DNA from: a virus
Taxonomy: Duplodnaviria; Caudoviricetes
Reading direction: 5' to 3' (one strand)
DNA length: 29,328 nt
IMG/VR virus record: IMGVR_UViG_3300032295_002282
Location: 1-29,328 of that record
In this document: positions 17,768 through 25,389 of the stretch, piece by piece
How positions within the stretch are numbered: the first letter of the stretch is position 1
Layout of the letters: the number at the start of each line of letters is the position of its first letter
The notes under the pieces: generated by a model
What the model saw: the letters and a program-made list of their open reading frames with translations, nothing else
Databases searched by the model: none
What the model was told of the DNA's origin: nothing
Program-made: the position numbers and the translations under genes

Positions 17768-20700
17768 TATGCTACTTGTGTTATAGTTGTAATTACTGAT
17801 GGAATAGCTGGTAAATTACCTGTAGCTGCTTCACTTAATATTTGAGCATTACCACCTGATGTTTGATAAACAATTTCATAGTAATCATTTGCTGCGGCTG
17901 TATCTAAAATGTTAGCAGTTAACAACTGTGCTGTGTTATTTGCTAATACTGCTTTTGAGTTACTTGCTGCTATATTAGTTCCGTTTTTCTTAAACCAAAC
18001 ATATAATGTATCTGCGCCTGCTGAAGTATTAACTTGAACAGAGAATTGAATATTATAAGTTCCAGCATTAGTTATTTTTAATAAATCACCACTACCTGAA
18101 GTAGCAACCCCTGCTGATACACCTGTTGAATCAAATATTACTGATTGAGATACTCCAGCAGCTGGTGTATTTGAAGATGTAGCCCAAAACTCACCATAAT
18201 TGTATTGTTTATTACCATTAACTGTTAAGCTACCTGATATATCAACGTTTTGAGTAAATAATGTATAAGCAGCTGAAGCAGTGTATGCTGTATCTCTACC
18301 TAAGGCAACTGTTGAATTACCATTATTCATTCTAATATCTTGTCCTGCTATAATAGCTGAGTTAGCAGATGAAGACATAAATGAAGCTGAAGTAGCAGCA
18401 ACTAAAGCTCTAGAAGAGTTTCTAATTGTTGAATCATAGTTTCCTACTAACGCTACCCAGTTAGTACCTCCTAAGTCACCACTAAAATCTGCTAAAGCAG
18501 CAGAACCAGTTACTTGTGCTCCAGTGTATGATCCTCCTATTGCAACGGCTTGAGTTGCTATAGCAACACTACCAATAGATTGAGTCATATTAACTTGAGT
18601 AGAAGCAATAGCTGTTGCATTATTAGCTAATGTATTTGGTGAACCATTCCATCTACCATTTATATCAACAATATCACCTTTGAATATTGAGTTAGCATTT
18701 TGTCCTGGTAATCTCATTACTATATCTCCAGAAGCACTTACATAAAATGGAGTTGATCTTGAACCAGTATTTGCACCATTACCTATAGCAAATCTAATTT
18801 GTGAATCAAGTGCTAATGAACCTGTTTCGTTAAATTGACCTAAAATTACAGATGATGAACTATTATTTGCGCTTGAGGAACCACTATATACAAGGTTAGA
18901 ACCATATATTAAAGCGTTTGCTATACCTGTTCCTGCTGTACTTGCACCTTCTAATGATACTGTATTTAAAAAACCACCTATAAAGTTGTTAAGAACTTGT
19001 GTATTTGATGTTCTACCAGCGCCCGCTGCTCTAATGCTTTGAGCACCACCTGCAATATTATTATTGTTAAATTGAATTATATTAAAAGTAGTAGAACCTG
19101 AAATTGAGCTACTTACTGTTAGTGAACCATTGATTACGTTATTAGTAGCAGTTAAACTAGCAGCATTTGAACCAGTAGCTTTACTTAGATCTAATATAAT
19201 AGCACCATTTATATTATTACTAGTAAAAGTATTATTATGAATAGCAGATGAATTACTACCTGTTACAAAGATATTACCAGCAAAATAGTTTTGGTTTAAA
19301 ACAGGTTGTTGAGCTGAAGCTGTCCAATATACGTTTCCTACAATAACATTTGAGTTACCACCAAACGAAGCACTAAAATAAGAACCAGAGTTAAATCCTG
19401 GGTTCATTAATATATTATTCTTACCTGTAAATGTAGCTGAACCTGATTGGCTAGCAGCACCTACTCTAGGGAAGATAATGTTTGGAAACTGACCTGCTGA
19501 ACCTGTAGAATATACTTGTCCTGTTGAACCAGTAGACATAAACATGTTTCCATCTCTTGAACTAAGAGTACCAAATAATGTTTGTGTATCTGATAAGGTA
19601 TCACCTAATTGGTTTGAACCTGTATTATTAATTGTTGAAGAAGATACGATTGTATCTACTGTCAAGAATGTAATTGAAGCTGATTGTATATTAACACTAC
19701 CAGTGAATGTGTTAGTGCCATTAAATGTATTTGAACCTGTTGTAGCTAAACTACCTGTATCTACTGTTCCACCACTTCCAGTTACTGGAGTAGCCCAAAC
19801 TATACTGCTACCAGAACGAGTAAGTACTTGACCTACTGAACCAGTACTAAAACCTCCTAAATTTGTAGAAATCCAAGCACCTGTTTTTAAATCAAGATAG
19901 TTACTAGCATTAACTCTTAATACTGCTGGAATAGTACTACCTGAAACTTCAATAACAGAATTATCATTCATTGTTAAACTTGTAGCAAAGAAGTCAACAT
20001 CATTACTACCACTATTGTTAAATGAAACATAGTTTCCACTACTGAAATCACCAATATTAGCTCTGTTCATGTGAACAGTTTGATCATCAATTGTAGTTTG
20101 ACCATTTCCCCCTAATATAATTGCTCCATCGTGATTAACAGTATTACTTGAACCACCTATGATAGCACCATCTATATTATTGATAGTATTATTAAGACCA
20201 CCACCAGCAAATCCTCTATTATTATTTAAAGTATTAGTGTTACCACCAGCTATAAAGTTATTATATCCTGGGTTTGCAATTGTGTGACTATCACCAAAAG
20301 CAAATCCATTATTTTGTGTATTATTTGTAATACTATTACCAAAAGCTAAACCATTACCATTTGCACCAACGTTAGGAATTGTATTACCACTACCTAAATT
20401 AATCTTTAATCCATTCTGATTACTACCTTCAATAGAACCAGTAACACCTAAGCTACCAGTAATTTGTGCTGAACCACTAAATGGAAAACTACTACCACCT
20501 GAACCTGTGTTTACAGTAATCGGGAATGTTGTACCATTACCTTTAGTAAACGTAATTGTATTTAAACTTACAGATGCTGTAATTAATGAAGATGCTGTAA
20601 TAGCATTTGTCACATAACTTGAAGTAGCAGCTTGTAAAGTATTTACTTGAGTTTGTATTGAACCAGTAAATGTATTTGTACTGGCAGTATACGCATTAAA

Positions 20701-20913
20701 TGATGAAGTAGTAACTAAACTACCTGTATTAATTGGTGAAGCAGAAGACGAAGCAACTGCTTGAGCAATAATAGATGCTGTTTGCTCATTTAATACTGTA
20801 TCGTTTAAGAATGTATATTGCTCATTTCTTATACGTTGTGGAGTGATAAACTGTGAAGTATTATCTGGAAAATTTGCTTGTATCGAAGCTGATATATCTG
20901 AACGTTGAGACAT
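17767..20913 (-). CDS. Fibre or adhesin-like virion protein
   Basis: 1048 aa, G/S/N/T-rich. Beta-roll-like repeats (FIAGGNTNT, AIIGGSSNT) and a C-terminal C1q/BclA-like jelly roll (AGTYNIQFSVQV...VWFKKNG...ANDYYEI). Confidence 0.7.
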   Translation of the reverse strand: MSQRSDISASIQANFPDNTSQFITPQRIRNEQYTFLNDTVLNEQTASIIAQAVASSSASPINTGSLVTTSSFNAYTASTNTFTGSIQTQVNTLQAATSSYVTNAITASSLITASVSLNTITFTKGNGTTFPITVNTGSGGSSFPFSGSAQITGSLGVTGSIEGSNQNGLKINLGSGNTIPNVGANGNGLAFGNSITNNTQNNGFAFGDSHTIANPGYNNFIAGGNTNTLNNNRGFAGGGLNNTINNIDGAIIGGSSNTVNHDGAIILGGNGQTTIDDQTVHMNRANIGDFSSGNYVSFNNSGSNDVDFFATSLTMNDNSVIEVSGSTIPAVLRVNASNYLDLKTGAWISTNLGGFSTGSVGQVLTRSGSSIVWATPVTGSGGTVDTGSLATTGSNTFNGTNTFTGSVNIQSASITFLTVDTIVSSSTINNTGSNQLGDTLSDTQTLFGTLSSRDGNMFMSTGSTGQVYSTGSAGQFPNIIFPRVGAASQSGSATFTGKNNILMNPGFNSGSYFSASFGGNSNVIVGNVYWTASAQQPVLNQNYFAGNIFVTGSNSSAIHNNTFTSNNINGAIILDLSKATGSNAASLTATNNVINGSLTVSSSISGSTTFNIIQFNNNNIAGGAQSIRAAGAGRTSNTQVLNNFIGGFLNTVSLEGASTAGTGIANALIYGSNLVYSGSSSANNSSSSVILGQFNETGSLALDSQIRFAIGNGANTGSRSTPFYVSASGDIVMRLPGQNANSIFKGDIVDINGRWNGSPNTLANNATAIASTQVNMTQSIGSVAIATQAVAIGGSYTGAQVTGSAALADFSGDLGGTNWVALVGNYDSTIRNSSRALVAATSASFMSSSANSAIIAGQDIRMNNGNSTVALGRDTAYTASAAYTLFTQNVDISGSLTVNGNKQYNYGEFWATSSNTPAAGVSQSVIFDSTGVSAGVATSGSGDLLKITNAGTYNIQFSVQVNTSAGADTLYVWFKKNGTNIAASNSKAVLANNTAQLLTANILDTAAANDYYEIVYQTSGGNAQILSEAATGNLPAIPSVITTITQVA

Positions 20914-20928
20914 ATTTTTATTTTATTT

Positions 20929-21186
20929 TTAACTAAAAGCTGATTGTAAAAATCCATCAGAAAATGCACTATAATTGGCAGGATTAGGACCAATATAGCC
21001 TATTGCTTGAGCGTGTAAATCCTGATTACAACATTTACGTGAGTAGGTAGCACCATAAGTTGATGTACCCCAACATAAACAAGCTCTATTTCCACTTCTG
21101 GGAGATGAACGACCTGGTATATAAGGTCTATTTGCTGCTTGAGTTAAATCAATAGTAGCAACCTTGTTGAATCTTGATTTTGGCAT
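20929..21186 (-). CDS. Small Cys-rich hypothetical protein
   Basis: SSPRSGNRACLC...TYSRKCC...AQAIG motif. Preceded by the late-promoter motif. Confidence 0.75.
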   Translation of the reverse strand: MPKSRFNKVATIDLTQAANRPYIPGRSSPRSGNRACLCWGTSTYGATYSRKCCNQDLHAQAIGYIGPNPANYSAFSDGFLQSAFS

Positions 21187-21190
21187 ACTG

Positions 21191-21198
21191 ATATAACC
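21191..21198 (-). promoter_or_regulatory. Putative late promoter element GGTTATAT
   Basis: Intergenic, 4 nt before ATG 21186. Confidence 0.65.
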
Positions 21199-21217
21199 AA
21201 GGACGTGTAAAACATCC

Positions 21218-21493
21218 CTATCTACTCAGTTGATTTGTAGATTGTTTGATTAATATATGTTCAACCTGAGATCTATCTTGTAGATAAGCTAAAAATGTTA
21301 AACAAGCGTGTAATGGTAATTTAGTAACAGCATCAAAATCTATAAGCCTGCCTCCAGCCAATGTATAGATTGTTTGATATGTTCCCCATTTGTTTGCAAA
21401 GTTTGCTTCAACTCTTGTGCTATTTCCGAAGTTAGCTCCGTCAAATAGAGACTCGTACTGTTCACCAAGGCTAGTTGTAAAAGCAAAAAAAAA
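21218..21493 (-). CDS. -1 frameshift extension of the chaperone (gpT-like)
   Basis: Open -1 frame with no good ATG, entered at the T9 run (A9 at 21485-21493 on the plus strand). FANKWG.YQTIY.LA.G...CLTFLAY. Confidence 0.7.
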   Translation of the reverse strand, partial: FFFAFTTSLGEQYESLFDGANFGNSTRVEANFANKWGTYQTIYTLAGGRLIDFDAVTKLPLHACLTFLAYLQDRSQVEHILIKQSTNQLSR

Positions 21494-22026
21494 CTGATCG
21501 CGCCCCAAACAACATCACACGTCATGTGTGATTTAAATAAATCAATTCTAACTTGAGATGTACCTGAGTAATCATCTAAGATATATTCTTTACCACTTTT
21601 ACGAATAATGGGGCGATATAAAATGGATAAGAATTTATATATATTTTCTTGTTCCCATAATTTTTGACCATATAAAGTCAAATCAAGATACTCACCATAA
21701 GTAAGTTCTTGTAAATTAGGATGGAAACCATATTCTACATCATCAATTTTAAATGTCTGAACTAAAGGCATTGCTGATGTTTGTTTAAACATCCTAGTCA
21801 TATTCTCAGAAATTTCATTTATAGTATTCATTTCCAAAGCTGAAAATAAATCTCTATGAATTAAACAGAGATAGTGAGCAAATTCTTTGAGTACAAACTC
21901 ATTATAACCTTCATCTTCAGGTTTTTTATCTTTAACTACATCATAATACTTTAGATATAATGATAACTTAATTTCTTCCCATCTAGTTGGGATTGTGTGT
22001 TTTACTATTTTAGATGAATTTGACAT
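21340..22026 (-). CDS. Putative tail assembly chaperone (gpG-like, 228 aa, start revised to 22026)
   Basis: MSNSSKIVKHTIPTRWEEIKL...YGFHPNL.ELTYGEYLDL...ILYRPI. Contains a U9 slippery run, and an overlapping -1 ORF extends past its stop. Confidence 0.7.
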   Translation of the reverse strand: MSNSSKIVKHTIPTRWEEIKLSLYLKYYDVVKDKKPEDEGYNEFVLKEFAHYLCLIHRDLFSALEMNTINEISENMTRMFKQTSAMPLVQTFKIDDVEYGFHPNLQELTYGEYLDLTLYGQKLWEQENIYKFLSILYRPIIRKSGKEYILDDYSGTSQVRIDLFKSHMTCDVVWGAISFFLLLQLALVNSTSLYLTELTSEIAQELKQTLQTNGEHIKQSIHWLEAGL

Positions 22027-23188
22027 AATATTTCCCAGTTCCTGATTTTGATTGTGTGTATGTACCGATATAACGTAAAGCATCAATAGCATGGTTGAAC
22101 GCATCAATAGGTTGATTTGTCATGTTACCATCTCTATCCATTCTCCACTTATAATTGTTTAATTCTTTTATCAAGTTAATACTATCTTCTGTAACTAACA
22201 AATTATGTCTTCTAATATAATCGATACCTACATTGATACTATCTTTACCTTTCTTAGTTGGTTTAATGTTGAAACCTGCTCGTCTAAGTTCCTCAATTGA
22301 TTTTGGTTCAGCTGAATCAGCAACAATTAGAGTATGAGGTGCAACATCTAGTTTCTTTAATTCACCAATGATGTCGTTATTAGTTAATTTAGTTTTATAC
22401 AATAACTCTTTAACAAATAAATCATTAACTCCACCTTTCCAGATTTCAACTATTGTAGTTGGGTCATTTGAATAACCAAAGTCCATTCCTAACCCCACAA
22501 ATTGAGTGGTGTGATAGTCTATACCTTTAATTTGCTGATATTGAAATATAAGCGTTCTGCCTGATCCTCTCTCACCCAAAGCATAGATGCGATAATAATC
22601 ATCATCTGTGTACTTCAAATTTTCAATTTCACGAATCGTTTCTTGGGGCAGGAATGGATTATCTTTATAAGTTGATTTAATGAAATCTATTTCATCTACT
22701 CTTTCCTCTAATAAATCATAAATCCAAGATTGGTTATCTGAGGGGTTATAGTCAATAATAACTTGTTTCTCAGTTCTAATAGCCAATTGGAATTGTTCCT
22801 CATAACTTAATTCATTCGCTTCATTCAAATATAAAATGTCACGTTTAGATCCTCTCTTCTTAGCCGCATCATCCATTGATAAGAAATCAAATGTACATTT
22901 GCCTAAGCGATAAGTACCTTCAGTTTTATTGTGATCAGATTCTTTATATAAGTTCATTGCATCTAAAATGCCAATGAAATCTCTCATAGCTGAGAGTTTA
23001 AGTGAAGGCATACTACGTCTACAGATTGATATAGTAAGAGGCTGAGTTGCCTCAAGCCCCTTAATTATTAATACCTGTAGTATTGAATATGTTTTTCCGC
23101 TACGTGTACCACCTTGATGGATTACGAAACGTTTTTTTGAGTTATATGTTTTACTAAATAACTCTGATGTTTTTATGTTTAAATGCAT
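22010..23188 (-). CDS. terL: Terminase large subunit, PBSX-like
   Basis: Walker A QGGTRSGKT, Walker B variant LYLNEANE, DYNP, STYKDNPFL, nuclease motifs GMDFGYSNDP and NHAIDALRY. Confidence 0.97.
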   Translation of the reverse strand: MHLNIKTSELFSKTYNSKKRFVIHQGGTRSGKTYSILQVLIIKGLEATQPLTISICRRSMPSLKLSAMRDFIGILDAMNLYKESDHNKTEGTYRLGKCTFDFLSMDDAAKKRGSKRDILYLNEANELSYEEQFQLAIRTEKQVIIDYNPSDNQSWIYDLLEERVDEIDFIKSTYKDNPFLPQETIREIENLKYTDDDYYRIYALGERGSGRTLIFQYQQIKGIDYHTTQFVGLGMDFGYSNDPTTIVEIWKGGVNDLFVKELLYKTKLTNNDIIGELKKLDVAPHTLIVADSAEPKSIEELRRAGFNIKPTKKGKDSINVGIDYIRRHNLLVTEDSINLIKELNNYKWRMDRDGNMTNQPIDAFNHAIDALRYIGTYTQSKSGTGKYYVKFI

Positions 23189-23196
23189 ATCTCATT

Positions 23197-23505
23197 TTAC
23201 AACGAGTTGTGCGGTGCATTATCACTTTTCACAACTTCTATTTTGATGCTAGAAACACCTTCTTCAGTATTGAATGTAGTTTCAACTGCTTTAAGTTTAG
23301 GTAAGATATATTCTGACATCTTAAGCATTAATTCAAATGCCTTAACAGGGTCATTTTCTTTGATATCTTCTAGCCATTCTTCAACTTCAGGCATTTTATT
23401 TTCTAACAATTTAGCGAATGCTTCTCTAATTTGCTTTGCTTCTTTATTCTGTGTACCTTTTGGTCTTCCTGCATTTTCATCTCCAGGTTGGAATCCTTTA
23501 GCCAT
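23197..23505 (-). CDS. terS: Putative terminase small subunit
   Basis: 102 aa immediately upstream of terL, N-terminal F.PG..N.GRPKG motif. Confidence 0.75.
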   Translation of the reverse strand: MAKGFQPGDENAGRPKGTQNKEAKQIREAFAKLLENKMPEVEEWLEDIKENDPVKAFELMLKMSEYILPKLKAVETTFNTEEGVSSIKIEVVKSDNAPHNSL

Positions 23506-23523
23506 TGTTCTGCGTTTTGAACA

Positions 23524-23531
23524 TTATAACC
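23524..23531 (-). promoter_or_regulatory. Putative late promoter element GGTTATAA
   Basis: Intergenic, 18 nt before the terS ATG. Confidence 0.6.
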
Positions 23532-23578
23532 ATTTTTTTGCGCTTTATGCCTTGGGTTTTGAAGTTACGGCCCTTTCT

Positions 23579-23818
23579 TTATACTTCCAAGTTTGTACCT
23601 GACTCAAATGTTGCTTTATTAGCCTCAACCCAGCGTTTAATATCGCCTAACCAATCTAAAAATAGTTGTGGATTACAGGAACAAGGTTTATGATAAGGGT
23701 GATTCATAACTTTAGCGTGCCAACTTGCAGTAGCACCTTGATCATCACCAGTAAATTGTTTTAAATCAATCTTAGACAACCAATCATTTAGTTGTTTCCA
23801 TTCGTAATTTGATATCAT
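23579..23818 (-). CDS. Hypothetical protein with a PCSC motif
   Basis: 79 aa, ATGA-coupled to the sigma gene. Confidence 0.7.
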   Translation of the reverse strand: MISNYEWKQLNDWLSKIDLKQFTGDDQGATASWHAKVMNHPYHKPCSCNPQLFLDWLGDIKRWVEANKATFESGTNLEV

Positions 23819-24375
23819 TGTTTGTAACTTTTAGAATTATAACCTTGTTTTTCAAGTTTAGTGCGTACAATCTCTCTAGTATTTTTCAATGATGTCCAGA
23901 TTGATGAAGTACTGATTTTAGTTTCTTTATGTAGTGAATTGATAGAATGGTTTTTACCATCCTTATTTTTACCATTTAAATACAAATCAATAAGACGAGC
24001 ATCAAACCAATGAACATCATTTTGTAATGTTTCATTCACTAGTCTAATCATTGCCTCAAAATTATCATCTTTATCTAATGAATAAAAATCAGCCTCAAAT
24101 TCAACTTCAGGTAATGCAACGTGTGAACTGGCATGTTTCTGATATCTGTTTAAAAAAACGCTTCTAAGTGTTTTATACAAATAATATAGATTGACAGTAT
24201 TGCCGTACTTGATTTTGCTAATGTCTTTCATTTCCCACAACATCACAAACATATCCTGAACCATATCTTGGGCAGTATGTTTATTATTACTAAAGTTATA
24301 AGCTACTTGGTGTAGCCATTCACTGTGAATGTCGTAAATTAATGTTATTAACTTTTGCTTTTCGTTTTCACTCAT
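23815..24375 (-). CDS. ECF-type sigma70-family RNA polymerase sigma factor
   Basis: Region-2-like WLHQVAYNF....AQDMVQDMFV.LW and region-4 HTH-like SINSLHKETKISTSSIWTSLKNTR. Confidence 0.85.
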   Translation of the reverse strand: MSENEKQKLITLIYDIHSEWLHQVAYNFSNNKHTAQDMVQDMFVMLWEMKDISKIKYGNTVNLYYLYKTLRSVFLNRYQKHASSHVALPEVEFEADFYSLDKDDNFEAMIRLVNETLQNDVHWFDARLIDLYLNGKNKDGKNHSINSLHKETKISTSSIWTSLKNTREIVRTKLEKQGYNSKSYKQ

Positions 24376-24551
24376 AGTTTAGATAGGTCAATGGACTCAT
24401 TGCAGCGACCTATTTTATTTAGCCATTGACGTCGCTTTTCGCAACCACAATCCTTATAGCCTAACTTATGAGCAACCCAAGTAGAAATGGGTTTGCCGTA
24501 GCCAAATGTTAAAACGTAAATTAATGCTTCGGTGAAATTACCTATACACAT
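24372..24551 (-). CDS. Small CGC-motif protein (59 aa, not in the ORF track)
   Basis: MCIGNFTEALIYVLTFGYGKPISTWVAHKLGYKDCGCEKRRQWLNKIGRCNESIDLSKL. Its stop overlaps the sigma ATG (ATGA). Confidence 0.8.
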   Translation of the reverse strand: MCIGNFTEALIYVLTFGYGKPISTWVAHKLGYKDCGCEKRRQWLNKIGRCNESIDLSKL

Positions 24552-24552
24552 A

Positions 24553-24807
24553 TTATTTGGTGTTTTTTAATCTAACAAAACGTAATACCTCCATACAGTA
24601 AAATACTTTATACTGATATCCCTTCAATATAGTTTCTGCTTGTTTCCAAATCTCAGCTGATTTAAAAAATATAACTTCGTCACCAGGTGCAACTATAAAA
24701 CAATAGTTTTCCTTAAGTTGTTGTTCTGTAACTTGTGATAATGGATTAAAAGGTGGTTCATAATCACCTGCAGCTGTAGATGTTACTGTGTAAGTGTAAT
24801 CGCTCAT
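24553..24807 (-). CDS. Hypothetical protein
   Basis: 84-aa ORF with an AT-rich leader, abutting the next gene. Confidence 0.7.
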   Translation of the reverse strand: MSDYTYTVTSTAAGDYEPPFNPLSQVTEQQLKENYCFIVAPGDEVIFFKSAEIWKQAETILKGYQYKVFYCMEVLRFVRLKNTK

Positions 24808-24844
24808 TAAAAATTGTGTTTACTGTATATAAATATTATGAAAT

Positions 24845-24874
24845 AAAAAAAGCCATAGCTTACGGGCTACGGCT
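24845..24874 (-). terminator. Intrinsic terminator upstream of the sigma operon
   Basis: Minus-strand AGCCGUAGC-CCGUAA-GCUAUGGCU followed by U6. The G-U pair works only on the minus strand. Confidence 0.8.
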
Positions 24875-24934
24875 TAAAAGACATGAATAGCACTGCATAC
24901 TTCAAAGTTGGAACAGATGCGAGTGTTAATGTCA

Positions 24935-24942
24935 TTATAACC
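24935..24942 (-). promoter_or_regulatory. Putative late promoter element GGTTATAA upstream of a short terminated unit
   Basis: Shares the ATGGTTATAATG context of the terS copy, and lies about 60 nt before a terminator hairpin. Confidence 0.5.
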
Positions 24943-25140
24943 ATATTGTTTAACTATTGGTTGTTGTGTGTATATACCTATATACCCATGGGATTGTGTG
25001 GCAAAAGATTGTATTGCCGAAATTTTTAAAAATTTTATAAACCACATAAACTTCCCGTTTTTATACGAAAATCACTTTACTAAACCAAACTTATTTTTTT
25101 CTCTCTATTTTTTTATTTTAAAGGGGGGTCGTATGAGTAC

Positions 25141-25170
25141 AAAAGTAGCCACGTGGTTAAACGTAGCTAC
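25141..25170 (-). terminator. Terminator-like hairpin downstream of the tandem promoters
   Basis: Minus-strand GUAGCUACGU-UUAACC-ACGUGGCUAC followed by UUUUGU. Confidence 0.6.
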
Positions 25171-25221
25171 AATTGTAAATAACAGTATAATATGAAACAT
25201 TACTCTCTATGAGTGAGACTA

Positions 25222-25389
25222 TAAAGGTAAGACCAGGTTTTGAGGCAACCAAATTTACTTTCAAGTACATAACATTTAGGCCCTAAAGGTACGACCAGGT
25301 TTGTACCAAGCCAAATTTATTTTTTACTACATTGTGTAGTGTTAACAAGTAGACACCTAAAGGTAAGTTAGGAATTTGGCAACGCCAAA
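25222..25389 (-). promoter_or_regulatory. Three tandem Bacteroidota-type housekeeping promoters (25222-25253, 25284-25315, 25358-25389)
   Basis: Each reads TTTG-N20-TACCTTTA on the minus strand. This is a near match to the -33 TTTG / -7 TAnnTTTG consensus, and the 20-nt spacing is the same in all three. Confidence 0.8.

Noticed and set aside
22800-22840. Terminase Walker B reading NE instead of DE as a sign of inactivation
   Set aside because: The catalytic Glu and all other ATPase and nuclease motifs are intact, so it is most simply a natural variant.
24911-24918. 8-nt complementarity between the 85-nt sRNA candidate and GAACAGAT at 28459-28466
   Set aside because: Too short to distinguish from chance, and the target is sequestered in a hairpin.
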